Assembly: GCA_963708025.1 (NCBI GenBank)
Contig: CAVPSB010000025.1
Span: 320,001 to 384,000 of the forward strand
Direction: 5' to 3'
Length of the DNA stretch: 64,000 nucleotides
Source of the DNA: an uncultured Candidatus Rokubacteria bacterium
GTDB taxonomy: Bacteria > Methylomirabilota > Methylomirabilia > Rokubacteriales > DASRDR01
Below, piece by piece: positions 30,420 through 40,812 of the stretch. A model generated the notes under the pieces. The model was not told the origin of the DNA and did no database searches. It was given only the letters and a program-made list of their open reading frames with translations. Made by a program: the position numbers and the translations under genes. The first letter of the stretch is position 1. The number at the start of each line of letters is the position of its first letter.

Positions 30420-31595
30420 TCAGGGCGTGAGCAGGAAGCGCGTTCCCTGATAGCTCAGGATCACGCCGTCGGGGGTGATCGCCTCGAGCGTGAGCTTGCC
30501 GTCGACCGCCTGGCCCTCGGTGTACTTCCGGCCGTTGATGAAGACCAGACCCTCTCCCGGGCGCTCGGAGTAGACCAGCACCTCGAGCTTCAAGCTGGGG
30601 AGGGACTGGCGGAACCCGGACGGCATCCGGTCGAGGGGGAGCGCGGTCGGGCCAGCCGCGGGGCGCGCTGCCCGAGGCTGGGGCAGCGCGGCGGCGGCGC
30701 CCGGGGGTGCGGTCGTTGGCGGTGGCCCGAGCGTGGGCAAGGCTGGCCGCGCGGGCGCTGCCGGGGCGGCGGGGGTCACGGGGATCGGCGCGGGCTCGGG
30801 TCGTGGCGCGGCGGCGATGCTCGGCGGCACGGCCGGGAGCGGCGGGGCGGGGACGGGCACGGCCGGCGGCGCGGGGGCGGCCGGCGCGGCGGGGATCGGC
30901 ACGGGCTCGGGTCGCGGCGCGGCGGTGATGCTCGGGGTCGCGGCCGGGAGCGGTGGGGCGGGGACGGGCACGGCGGGCGGGGCTGGGGCGGCCGGCGCGG
31001 CGGGGGCTGCGGCGATCGGCGCAGGCTCGGGTCGGGGCGCGACGGTGGGCGATGCGGGCGCGGGTGCCCCCGCCGCCGGCCTCATGCTGGTCGACGGCAG
31101 GGTCGCCTCGCTCGGAACGGACGGCGCCCTCGGGCCGTCGCCACGCGGGGCGGGGCCGGGATTGTCGGCCGCGCGAGCCGCCGGCCGGGGTTCCGGAGGG
31201 GCCGGCCGGGAGGTGGCGTTGACGCGGGGGGGCGCGATCACGGGCCCCCCCGGAGGGTTCCGCTCGACGCTCGCGGGGGCGGGACCCGCCACCGGTCGGG
31301 AGTGGGGCGGAGGCGCCGCGGAGGGATCCGGAGGCGGCGCCGGTCGTGGCGCGGCGGGCGGCGCCCCGGCGGGCTCGAGGGTTGCGCTCGCGCGCGGGGC
31401 GGGGACCGCGAGCGATGCGGGGCGGAAGACCCAGACGAGGACGCCGGCATTCAGGACCACGACGGCGGCCAGCACCCAGGGCCACGCGCGCCGTCGCCCG
31501 CGGCGGGCCGAGGCCGCGGGCACCTCCAGGATCCGCGCCCGACCGAGACGGCGCTCGCGCTCGGCCTTCTTGAGGGCGTCCAGGATGTAGGACAT
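30420..31595 (-). CDS. GspB/ExeB-like protein with long Pro/Ala linker
   Basis: MSYILDALKKAERER N-terminus, TM helix, C-terminal LVYS..VFING..EG..I..DGV domain; follows exeA. Confidence 0.8.
   Translation of the reverse strand: MSYILDALKKAERERRLGRARILEVPAASARRGRRRAWPWVLAAVVVLNAGVLVWVFRPASLAVPAPRASATLEPAGAPPAAPRPAPPPDPSAAPPPHSRPVAGPAPASVERNPPGGPVIAPPRVNATSRPAPPEPRPAARAADNPGPAPRGDGPRAPSVPSEATLPSTSMRPAAGAPAPASPTVAPRPEPAPIAAAPAAPAAPAPPAVPVPAPPLPAATPSITAAPRPEPVPIPAAPAAPAPPAVPVPAPPLPAVPPSIAAAPRPEPAPIPVTPAAPAAPARPALPTLGPPPTTAPPGAAAALPQPRAARPAAGPTALPLDRMPSGFRQSLPSLKLEVLVYSERPGEGLVFINGRKYTEGQAVDGKLTLEAITPDGVILSYQGTRFLLTP
30750..31045 (-). repeat. Intragenic degenerate tandem repeat, about 3 units of 111-120 bp
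   Basis: GGCTCGGGTCG recurs at 30793, 30904 and 31024 (APRPEP.PI..APAAPA units). Confidence 0.8.
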
Positions 31596-31599
31596 CGCG

Positions 31600-33330
31600 C
31601 TACTCGGACCGCCCGGGGCGCGACAGGAGCGGCCGGCTCGGATCCGGGACGGCGGTCGTGAGCTGGAAGAGCGTCTCCTCGCCCACGATGCCGTCGGGGA
31701 GGAGCGACCGGCTGCGCTGGAACGCCATCACGCGCGCCTTGAGCTCGTCGTCGTAGACGTCGCGGCGGCGTCCTTCCAGGGGCCGCCCGTCGATGGCGCG
31801 CAGCCGCTGGCTCAGCCACTCGACGTCCTTGCCGCGCGTGCCCGGACCCAGCAGGCTCAGGCTGACCGGCGGCGCTTTCCAGAGGACGATGAACGCCCCG
31901 TCCCACAGCGGGTCGATCTCGGCGAGCGGGAACGTGAAGGGCTTGCCGCCGATCTCGAGCGTGGCCCGGTCCTGCTCCAGCCCGGTGAGCGTCGCGTAGT
32001 GCCGCTCGCCGTCCGCTCCCATCAGCTCGATGACGGCGGGCAGGTTGAGCCGGCGCAGCTTGGTCCAGGTTCCGGTCCGCGCGCGGCAGTCGAGTCCCGC
32101 GAGCCGGCCGCTCTCACAACCCGACCCGACCGTCGAGCCCGGTAGCTCCCCCGGATGCCACCGGGCGTACAGGGCGGCCAGAGCCGAGGCCTGGTCGCTC
32201 GGGAGCGAGCGGTCGCCGAGGAGATCGGCCAGCCTGGTCGCGGGCGCCGCGGGCGCCGCTGAGCCGGCGCCGGGCTCGATGCCGGCGGCCGCGGTTGGCG
32301 CGGACCCGGTGGGCGGTGCGCTCCTCTCCGGAGCCGACGTCACGCTGCCGGGCGGCGCCGCCGGGGATCGACTCACTGCCGCCATGGCGGCGCGCCCGAG
32401 CCGCTCGAGCGCGCCGGGAGGCGGGAAGAGCCAGAGGCCGCCGATGACCGCCGCCGCGATGGCCGGCGCCGCGATCCACCACCAGGCGCGCATCGACCGG
32501 GACCCGCGCCCCAGCACCTCGCGGGCGGCCCGGCGCGCCATGGCGGCGTCCACCCGATCCGTGTCGTTCGCATAGGCCCCGAGCAGGGCGCGGTCGCAGA
32601 CGACGTTGATCAACCGCGGCACCCCGCCGGACAGGCGATGGATCTGCCGCATCGCCGGGGCGCTGAAGATGGCCTCGGTCGGCTGCAGCAGGTCGGGTCG
32701 CCCCGCCACCTCGATGCGGTGGCGGATGTAGGCGCCCGTCTCGGGCTCCGACAGCGGCAGCAGATGATAGCGGGCCGTGATCCGCTGAGCCACCGGGCGG
32801 GCCTCGGGCCCGTCGAGCAGCGGGATCAGCTCGGACTGGCCGATCAGGATGATCTGGAGAAGCTTGGTGGTCGCCGTCTCCAGGTTGGTCAGCAGGCGGA
32901 TCTGCTCCAGGACCTGGAGGCTCAGGTTCTGGGCTTCGTCGACGACGAGGACGGTGCGCCGCCCGCGCGCGTGGGCATCCAGCAGGTGTCGATACAGGGC
33001 GTCAACCAGGACCTTCGGGCTGGCGGTCTCCGGCGGGTAGGGGATGCGCAGCTCGTCGCACATCGTCGCCAGCAGCTCGACCGCGGTGACCGTGGGGTTC
33101 AGGACGAGCGCGACGTCAACGTCGGGCGGAAGCTGCTCGATCAGGGTCCGACAGAGGGTCGTCTTGCCGGTGCCGACCTCGCCGGTGAGCTGGACGAACC
33201 CGCCGCCTTCGCCGATGCCGTAGAGCAGGTGGGCGAGCGCTTCCCGGTGGCGGTCGCCCAGATAGACGTAGCGCGGATCCGGCGTGATGGAGAAGGGCGG
33301 CTCTTTCAGGCCGAAGTAGGAGGCGTACAC
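31600..33330 (-). CDS. exeA: ExeA/GspA AAA ATPase with C-terminal peptidoglycan-binding domain
   Basis: MY..YFGL...PFSITPDP, GEVGTGKTT, VDEAQNL, GVPRLIN, FQ....L.PDGIVG. Confidence 0.9.
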   Translation of the reverse strand: MYASYFGLKEPPFSITPDPRYVYLGDRHREALAHLLYGIGEGGGFVQLTGEVGTGKTTLCRTLIEQLPPDVDVALVLNPTVTAVELLATMCDELRIPYPPETASPKVLVDALYRHLLDAHARGRRTVLVVDEAQNLSLQVLEQIRLLTNLETATTKLLQIILIGQSELIPLLDGPEARPVAQRITARYHLLPLSEPETGAYIRHRIEVAGRPDLLQPTEAIFSAPAMRQIHRLSGGVPRLINVVCDRALLGAYANDTDRVDAAMARRAAREVLGRGSRSMRAWWWIAAPAIAAAVIGGLWLFPPPGALERLGRAAMAAVSRSPAAPPGSVTSAPERSAPPTGSAPTAAAGIEPGAGSAAPAAPATRLADLLGDRSLPSDQASALAALYARWHPGELPGSTVGSGCESGRLAGLDCRARTGTWTKLRRLNLPAVIELMGADGERHYATLTGLEQDRATLEIGGKPFTFPLAEIDPLWDGAFIVLWKAPPVSLSLLGPGTRGKDVEWLSQRLRAIDGRPLEGRRRDVYDDELKARVMAFQRSRSLLPDGIVGEETLFQLTTAVPDPSRPLLSRPGRSE

Positions 33331-33462
33331 GGCGCCCTCAGGGATCGCGAACGGATCGCCGGGTGGTCGGACTCACGCCCGGTCACGAGCGTCCGGACCG
33401 AACGACACCCCGGTCGAGCCCCGGCCGAGCGGAGACGGAGTTCGGCCCACCGCATCGGGCCC

Positions 33463-33491
33463 AGGGTAGCGAGGACTCTCCCGCGCGTCAA
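33463..33491 (-). promoter_or_regulatory. Sigma70-type promoter of exeA-gspB
   Basis: Minus strand TTGACG-17 nt-TACCCT. Confidence 0.55.
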
Positions 33492-33554
33492 GGAAACCGA
33501 AGGCGGAAACCGAAGGCGGCCGGGGCGCCGAGCCCCGGCCGCTCGTCGGAGCGA

Positions 33555-33968
33555 TCAGAGGGATCGCCGGTGCCGGGTGGGCTCGATCTGGCTCAGCTTC
33601 TCGCGCTGCTCGGGGGTCAGGATCTGGGAAACGCCCCGCATCGTCTTCACGCGGAGCTGGACCGTCTGGCCGAGGAGCTGCTGAACCTCGGCGGTTCTCG
33701 CCTCGATGTCGCGGTCGTCGCCGTGGGCGAAGATCGCCTCCCGGAGGGACCGTCGGGCCTCGCGGAGCGAGGTGTGGAGCTGGACGCGCTGCGCCCGCTG
33801 CGCCGTGTGAAGCTGGTGGATCGCCTGGACTTGCTCGTCGCTGAGACCCAGGTCGGCCTGGAGCCGAGCGAGCGACGCGCGTCGCGAGTAGGCGGCGTCA
33901 GCCGGCGCCAGGGCGAATCCGAGGATCATCGGAATGGCCAGCATGCCCACGAGGAGTGACTTGACCAT
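33555..33968 (-). CDS. Spy/CpxP family periplasmic protein
   Basis: Signal peptide, LGLSDEQ and LTPEQ motifs. Confidence 0.85.
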   Translation of the reverse strand: MVKSLLVGMLAIPMILGFALAPADAAYSRRASLARLQADLGLSDEQVQAIHQLHTAQRAQRVQLHTSLREARRSLREAIFAHGDDRDIEARTAEVQQLLGQTVQLRVKTMRGVSQILTPEQREKLSQIEPTRHRRSL

Positions 33969-34087
33969 GAGCACCTCCTGATCGAGTGGGATCACTGATG
34001 CTGGCCTCTTGGACGGTGGAGCGCCCCCGTCCATTTCCCGGGTATGAGCAGGGCGCGCACGGCCGGGAGGATGGCACGGCCCGCCCC

Positions 34088-34116
34088 TTGACGCCCCGCG
34101 GGCGCTATCTTAGGGT
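34088..34116 (+). promoter_or_regulatory. Sigma70-type promoter
   Basis: TTGACG-17 nt-TAGGGT, SD GGAGG before ATG 34154. Confidence 0.5.
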
Positions 34117-34153
34117 GGCGCCGTCGCCGCTATGACGCGGTAGGGAGGATGCG

Positions 34154-34567
34154 ATGGCAGACAGGATCCGACGCGTGTCGTACTTCTACATCATGGCCCC
34201 CGACAAGCCGGGGGAGGGCGCCCGGGCGCTCGAGACGCTGCGGGACGCCGGGGTGAACCTGCTGGCGTTCTCGGGGTTCCCCCAGGGGCGGCGCTCGCAG
34301 CTCGACTTCGTCCCCGAGGACCCGGCCGCCTTCCGGGCGGCGGCCAGGAAGGCGAGATGGAAGGTCACCGGGCCGAAGGTGGCGTTCGTCGTCGAGGGAG
34401 AGGACCGTCCGGGCGCGGCGGCCGAGATCCTCGGCAAGCTGGCCGCGGCCAAGGTGAACGTGACCGCCACCGATGCCGTCTGCGCGGGGGCCGGCCGGTT
34501 CGGGGTGCTGTTCTGGGTGAAGCCCCGCGACGTCAACAAGGCGGCGAAGGCCCTGGGTGCCGAATAG
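34154..34567 (+). CDS. Tandem ACT-domain protein
   Basis: Two D[KR]PG...L...[GK]VN repeats. Confidence 0.8.
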   Translation: MADRIRRVSYFYIMAPDKPGEGARALETLRDAGVNLLAFSGFPQGRRSQLDFVPEDPAAFRAAARKARWKVTGPKVAFVVEGEDRPGAAAEILGKLAAAKVNVTATDAVCAGAGRFGVLFWVKPRDVNKAAKALGAE

Positions 34568-34667
34568 GCGCTCTCACATGGGACGCCCCGCGGAATAGCC
34601 CCGGAAGGGCTGGCGTCGAAGGGGGGTGAACGAAAGGACTGCAGGTTCCAGCCAAAAGGAGGACCCC

Positions 34668-35069
34668 ATGAAGCGGATCGTGGCTGCGATGGTGCTGGTC
34701 GGTCTGGTCGTCGCGCTCGTTGCCACCCCCACCCCGGCGCTCGCCTGGCGAGGTTATCGTGGCGGCCACGGCGGCCATGGTGGCCACGGCGGCCACGGCG
34801 GCGGCAACTTCGTCGGAGCCCTGGCGATCGGCGCCCTGACGGGGGTGATCGTCGGCGGCATCCTGGCCTCCCGCCCGGCGGTCGTGTACGAGTCCGCGCC
34901 GGTCTACGTGGCCTCGCCCCAGCCGGTGTATGTCCCGTCGGCTCCGGTGTACGCTCAGCCGGCCCCGGTGTACGTGGCCCCGCAGCCGGTGTGCTCCAGC
35001 TACTGGGTGCCGCAGCAGTACCGCGATGGGGTCTGGGTGCAGGGCCACTGGGAGCAGGTCTGCCGGTAG
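34668..35069 (+). CDS. Secreted Gly/His/Pro-rich hypothetical protein
   Basis: SD AGGAGG, signal peptide, (GGH)4, PVY repeats, YWVP..WVQGHW. Confidence 0.75.
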   Translation: MKRIVAAMVLVGLVVALVATPTPALAWRGYRGGHGGHGGHGGHGGGNFVGALAIGALTGVIVGGILASRPAVVYESAPVYVASPQPVYVPSAPVYAQPAPVYVAPQPVCSSYWVPQQYRDGVWVQGHWEQVCR

Positions 35070-35182
35070 CCCTCGGGAATCTCCCGGACGGCGAGCGGGC
35101 CCGGGTCACACACCCGGGCCCGCGGCGTTTTCGGGCCCCAAACTTCGAGGCGTTCGACACCGCGTGCTATAGTCGAGCCGTC

Positions 35183-36193
35183 ATGACGCCGCGGCTCCCC
35201 GAGCGCCTCCGCCTCGCGTACGCGCCGACGCCGATCGAGGCGCTGCCGCGGCTCGGCGACGCCCTCGGGGTCGAGCTCTACGTCAAGCGCGACGACCTCA
35301 CCGGCTTCGCCGAGAGCGGGAACAAGGTGCGGAAGCTCGAGTTCCTGGTCCGCGAGGCGCTCGATCAGGGAGCGGACACGCTGATCACGGTCGGCGCGCT
35401 CCAGTCGAACTGCTGCCGGGCCACCGCCGCCATCGCCGCCCGGCTCGGTCTCCGCTGCGTGCTCGGCCTGCGCGGCGAGCGCCCGGCCGTCGCCGACGGA
35501 AACCTGCTGCTGGCGCGCCTCTTCGGCGCCGAGCCCGTGTTCGTGCCGCCGGACGAGGTGGACCGGCCCGACGCGCTCTTCGCCCGGCTCACCGAAATGG
35601 TGCGGCAGCGGGGCGGCCGGCCGTATGTGATCCCCGAGTCGGGGTCGAACGAGCTGGGTGTTCTCGGCTACGCCGCCGTGGTCGAAGAGCTGCAGGCCCA
35701 GATCGCCACCGGCACTCCCGCGCCGGACGCCGTCGTCATCGCCGCGTGGAGCGGGGGCAGTCTGGCCGGGCTCCACCTGGGCCAGGCGCTCTTCGGCCTC
35801 GCCGCCGAGATCTGGGGAGTGCCCGTGGCGTTCGAGGCCGAGGCGATCCGCGACTACGTGTGGAACACGGTCCGGAAGGCCGCCTCGCGGTTCGGATTCG
35901 ACGTCGGCCTCGAGCGCGACGCGATCCGGCTGCTCGACGGCTATCAGGGCTCCGGCCGCGCGGCGACGCGACTCGAAGAGCTGACGATCGTCGGCCGCGT
36001 GGCCCGCGAGGTCGGGCTCCTGCTGGAGCCGGTCTATACCGCGAAGGCCTTCCTCGCCCTCGCCGACGCTGCGCGCTCCGGCCGCCTGGGCCGCCGGGTC
36101 CTGTTCCTCCACACCGGCGGCGGCTTCGGCGTCTTTCCCTTCCGCGAGCCGATCACGCGCCTGCTGGACGGTCAGCCACCCCTCGCCGGCTGA
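35183..36193 (+). CDS. D-cysteine desulfhydrase / ACC deaminase family PLP enzyme
   Basis: KRDDL, GNKVRKLE, QSN, EPVYTAK, LHTGG. Confidence 0.9.
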   Translation: MTPRLPERLRLAYAPTPIEALPRLGDALGVELYVKRDDLTGFAESGNKVRKLEFLVREALDQGADTLITVGALQSNCCRATAAIAARLGLRCVLGLRGERPAVADGNLLLARLFGAEPVFVPPDEVDRPDALFARLTEMVRQRGGRPYVIPESGSNELGVLGYAAVVEELQAQIATGTPAPDAVVIAAWSGGSLAGLHLGQALFGLAAEIWGVPVAFEAEAIRDYVWNTVRKAASRFGFDVGLERDAIRLLDGYQGSGRAATRLEELTIVGRVAREVGLLLEPVYTAKAFLALADAARSGRLGRRVLFLHTGGGFGVFPFREPITRLLDGQPPLAG

Positions 36194-36267
36194 TCCGCGG
36201 CCGGTGCCCGCACTGGCGCCGGCGCACCACCCCCGGGTACGATAGAGACCCTGTGAAGAAATGACAG

Positions 36268-36336
36268 CCTCCAACTCCCCCCTCCCCCCGGTGGGTGGGG
36301 GAGGGGGGTTGGGGGGGTAGGCGGGAGGTCCCGAAC
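36268..36336 (+). repeat. G/C-tract dispersed repeat, minimal copy
   Basis: CCTCCAACTCCCCCCTCCCCCCGGTGGGTGGGGGAGGGGGGTTGGGGGGGTAGGCGGGAGGTCCCGAAC. Confidence 0.85.
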
Positions 36337-36340
36337 AAAC

Positions 36341-37087
36341 ATGAGCTTCGCGGGTCGAGTCGGGCTGGTGACGGGCGCGGGATCGGGGATCGGCCGGGCG
36401 ACGGCCGAGCTGCTGGCCGCGCGGGGCGGCGCCGTCGTGGCCGCCGACGTGAACCGGGGGGGAGCCGAGGAAACGGTGGATCGGATCCGGAAGGCCGGGG
36501 GTCGGGCGGAGGCCTGCCATTGCGACGTGACCCAGGCGGCCCACGTCGAGGCCGCGGTCGCCCTCGCGCGTGAGCGGCTCGGGCGGCTGGACGTCCTGAT
36601 CAACTGCGCCGGCATCCTGCGGGTGGCGCCGCTCGAGGCGACGTCGGAGAAGGAATGGGGCGAGGTCCTCGCCGTCAACCTGACCGGCGCCTTTCTCCAG
36701 ACGAAGACCGCCATGGCCGCGATGCGCGAGCAGGGTGGGGGCGCCATCGTCCACATCGCGTCGCGGGCGGCGATCCGTGCCAAGGAAGGCCACGGGGCCT
36801 ACGGCGCCGCCAAGGCCGGGATCCTCCAGCTCACCCAGATGGCGGCGCTGGAGGGCGCGCCCCACGGCATCCGGGTCAACTGCGTCTGCCCCGGCTTCAT
36901 CGACACGCCGATGACCCGGGGCGCCAACGACGACGAGGCGTTCGCGGCGTGGAGCCGGGTCTGTCCCCTCGGGCGTCCGGGTCAACCGGAGGAGATCGCC
37001 CGCGCAATGCTCTTCCTGGCCTCGGACGAGGCCTCCTTCATCACGGGCGTCGCGCTGCCCGTGGACGGGGGCCGGACCGTGCTCTAG
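36341..37087 (+). CDS. SDR oxidoreductase
   Basis: TGAGSGIG, NCAG, YGAAK, VDGG. Confidence 0.9.
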   Translation: MSFAGRVGLVTGAGSGIGRATAELLAARGGAVVAADVNRGGAEETVDRIRKAGGRAEACHCDVTQAAHVEAAVALARERLGRLDVLINCAGILRVAPLEATSEKEWGEVLAVNLTGAFLQTKTAMAAMREQGGGAIVHIASRAAIRAKEGHGAYGAAKAGILQLTQMAALEGAPHGIRVNCVCPGFIDTPMTRGANDDEAFAAWSRVCPLGRPGQPEEIARAMLFLASDEASFITGVALPVDGGRTVL

Positions 37088-37096
37088 CCGGCCGCG

Positions 37097-38029
37097 TTAC
37101 GACCCGGCCCGGGACTCCAGCCGCTCGCGCGGCCCGTAGTGCTGGGCCTGGGCGACGATGTCCACCCCGACGGTCTCGCTCCAGGCCCGGAGGAGCCGGG
37201 CCACGACCGGACCGGGCCGGCCGTCGCCGATCGGACGCCGGTCCACCCGGGTGACGGGCAGGATGCAGGGGCTCGTGCTCGTGAAGAAGGCCTCGTCGGC
37301 CGTGTAGACGTCGTAGGGCTGGAAGTCTTCCTCGACGACCGGCGTGCCCAGCTCCTTCGCGAGGTCGAAGACCGTCGCGCGGGAAACGCCCTGGAGCACG
37401 CCGCGATCGCCGGCGGTGCGGATCACGCCGTTGGTGACGATGAAGAAGTTGTAGCCCACCCCTTCGGTGACGCTTCCCCGGCTGTCGGTGAGGATCGGCC
37501 AGCCCTCGGGATCCACGTCGGCGGCCTCCAGCTCGGCCATGTTGAAGTTCATCCGGCTGAAGTTCTTGACCTTGGGGTCGAGCGCGTCGGGAGAGAAGCT
37601 CCGCGTGCGGACGATGACGCCGTGGGCGCCGTCCCGGTAGAGGTGGACGAACCGCAGGAAGCCGAGCTGCCGGGTGTAGACGCCGACCGCCGGCGGCCCG
37701 GCCTTGTGGGCCCAGCGGCCCCGGCCCCTGGTCACGAACTGCCAGATCTGGTAGTCGCCGACGTCGGCGCGGAGGTGCTCGTTCCGCGAGACCACCTCCT
37801 CGCTGATCCGCTCCATCTCGTCCGGCGACAGGCCGGGATCGATCCGCACGTACTTCAGGGAGCGGTAGAGGCGATCGATGTGCTCCCGCATCCGGAAGCT
37901 CTTCCCGTTGAACGTGCGGGCGACGTCGAAGACGCAGTCACCGACCAGGAAGCCGCGGTCCAGGGGGTCGATCCGCACCTGGCTGAAGGGAACCCACTCG
38001 CCGCAGAAGTACGCCGTGTAGTCGGCCAT
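37097..38029 (-). CDS. Aminotransferase class IV
   Basis: DRGFLVGD, EHIDRL, TEG, LQGVSR, ADEAFFTST. Confidence 0.85.
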   Translation of the reverse strand: MADYTAYFCGEWVPFSQVRIDPLDRGFLVGDCVFDVARTFNGKSFRMREHIDRLYRSLKYVRIDPGLSPDEMERISEEVVSRNEHLRADVGDYQIWQFVTRGRGRWAHKAGPPAVGVYTRQLGFLRFVHLYRDGAHGVIVRTRSFSPDALDPKVKNFSRMNFNMAELEAADVDPEGWPILTDSRGSVTEGVGYNFFIVTNGVIRTAGDRGVLQGVSRATVFDLAKELGTPVVEEDFQPYDVYTADEAFFTSTSPCILPVTRVDRRPIGDGRPGPVVARLLRAWSETVGVDIVAQAQHYGPRERLESRAGS

Positions 38030-38241
38030 GTCGTCTCCTCGTCGTGTCGGGCTGGTCCCTCTCGTCGGTCCGCGCGCCGATTATACGTGCCTTGGCACCC
38101 CCGAGGAAGCGCGTGGTCGCTCTCCGCCGATCCGGGGTGTCCTCGACCGGCGCCCGCGGCCGCCGGCGGCGGCCACCCCACCCGGGAGCCTCGCCCCAGT
38201 GTATGATCGATTCCTGACCGCTTCCCGGCAGGAGGGCCACC

Positions 38242-39126
<885 letters not shown>

Positions 39127-39152
39127 GACGGCGGCCCGAACCCCCGAAAGAC

Positions 39153-39590
39153 TCAGCGCAGCGCGCGCTCGATCTCGTCCAGGTGCTCGGCCCGGTGGAC
39201 GTGGCGCGTCGGGTTGAACGGCTGGCCGGCGGCGGCGAGGCCCTCGAGGATCCGGTCGGGCAGCGCCTCCAGCCGGCGATCGACCCGCTCGGCGGCCTCG
39301 GCCGCCAACGTGGCGGCGGCCCGAGGTGAGATCGCCTGACCGAGCGCCCGGACCGCCTCGTTCACCACGTCGACGTCGGCCGGTGAGGGCGTCACGCCGT
39401 CCCGCTCGAACCGGTCCATGAGGATGCTGGCGCGCAGGTCCCAGAACGCCAGGTGGACCAGGCTGTCGGCCACGGTCCAGCCGTGGCCCACCGGGCGGCG
39501 CAGGTCCGCCTCGCTCAGCCGTTCCACCAGCGCCTTCAGCCGCTCCCGCTCTTGCGCATTCTTCGCCTGAAACGTGCGATCGGTCGCCAC
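39153..39590 (-). CDS. DinB/maleylpyruvate isomerase N-terminal-like protein
   Basis: GWTVAD.L.HL.FWD and H..EH motifs; SD upstream of GTG. Confidence 0.75.
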   Translation of the reverse strand: MATDRTFQAKNAQERERLKALVERLSEADLRRPVGHGWTVADSLVHLAFWDLRASILMDRFERDGVTPSPADVDVVNEAVRALGQAISPRAAATLAAEAAERVDRRLEALPDRILEGLAAAGQPFNPTRHVHRAEHLDEIERALR

Positions 39591-39650
39591 CGGCGTCTCC
39601 TTTCCGTTCCGGAGTTCCATCCAGGGTAGTGAGGGGGAGGGTCTCGCGCA

Positions 39651-40775
39651 ATGCCCCAGATCTCCGACGGCGTGATCTGCCCGGCCGAGCCGCTCGAGGC
39701 CTTCGTGGCGGGTGTGGTGCGGAAGATGGGCGCCGACGCCGAGGTCGCGGCGGAGGTCGCCCGGCACATGGTCCGCTCCAACCTCTCCGGCCACGACTCC
39801 CACGGCGTGATCCTGCTGCCGGCCTACGTGGGGCAGGCCGAGCGCGGCGAGCTGGCTCCGGCGGCCCGGCCGGTGATGCTCCGGGAGACCGAGGTGGCCG
39901 CGCTCGTCGACGCCCAGCGTGGGTTCGGCCACTTCTCGACGATGCACGCGATGGAGTGGGCGATCGCCCGCGCGCCCCGGCATGGCGTCGCCGTGGTGGC
40001 CGTCCGGCATTCGTCCCACATCGGCCGGCTCGGCGAGTACACGGAGCGCGCGGCCGCCGCCGGGCTGATCGGGATCGTCACCGTGGGCGCCGGCGGCACC
40101 GGCATTGGGGCGATGCTGCTTCACGGCAGCCGCGGGCGCTTCTACGGCACGAACCCCTGGTCGATGTCGGTGCCCGGCGTGACCCGGGCCATGGTGTACG
40201 ACGGCGCGACCTCGGTGCTGGCGGCCGGCAAGGTCAACGTCGCTCGGGCCGGCGGGACGATGCTGCCGGTCGAGTGTCTCGTCGATGCCGACGGGCGGCC
40301 GACCCGCGATCCGGCGGCGCTCTACGCTGGCGGCGCGCTCATGCCTCTCGGCGGTCCGGCCGTCGGTCACAAGGGCTCGGGTCTGGCCATGGCGTCGGCG
40401 CTCATCGGCGGTCTCGCCATGATCGACGATCCGGAGCCCTCGGCGGTCGGCGCCTCCACCGACCGGAAGGCGGGAGAGCGGCCGGGTCTCGTCGGCGGGC
40501 TGTTCGTCCAGGCCATCGATCCCGCGTGCTTCGGCGACGTCGGCCACTATCGCGCGCTGGTCGAGGAGCACCTGGCTGCCGCCAAGCGGATGCCGGTGGC
40601 GCCGGGGCACGCGGAGGTGCTCGTGCCCGGCGAGCCCGAGGCGCGCTCGCGCGAGCAGCGGAGCCGCGACGGCATCCCGCTGGCGGCCGCGACGTGGGCC
40701 GAGCTCGGCGCGGTGGCGGAGCGCTTCGGCGTGCCCCGGCCCGAGGCCCGGGCGATCCAGACCAGCACCATCTGA
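39651..40775 (+). CDS. Ldh_2 (malate/L-lactate/ureidoglycolate dehydrogenase) family
   Basis: GHDSHG, HIGRLG, GTNP, HKGSGL, VPGEPE. Confidence 0.9.
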   Translation: MPQISDGVICPAEPLEAFVAGVVRKMGADAEVAAEVARHMVRSNLSGHDSHGVILLPAYVGQAERGELAPAARPVMLRETEVAALVDAQRGFGHFSTMHAMEWAIARAPRHGVAVVAVRHSSHIGRLGEYTERAAAAGLIGIVTVGAGGTGIGAMLLHGSRGRFYGTNPWSMSVPGVTRAMVYDGATSVLAAGKVNVARAGGTMLPVECLVDADGRPTRDPAALYAGGALMPLGGPAVGHKGSGLAMASALIGGLAMIDDPEPSAVGASTDRKAGERPGLVGGLFVQAIDPACFGDVGHYRALVEEHLAAAKRMPVAPGHAEVLVPGEPEARSREQRSRDGIPLAAATWAELGAVAERFGVPRPEARAIQTSTI

Positions 40776-40812
40776 GCGCCCCGAGGCCAGCGGAGGCGAC
40801 GAAGGAGGGGCC

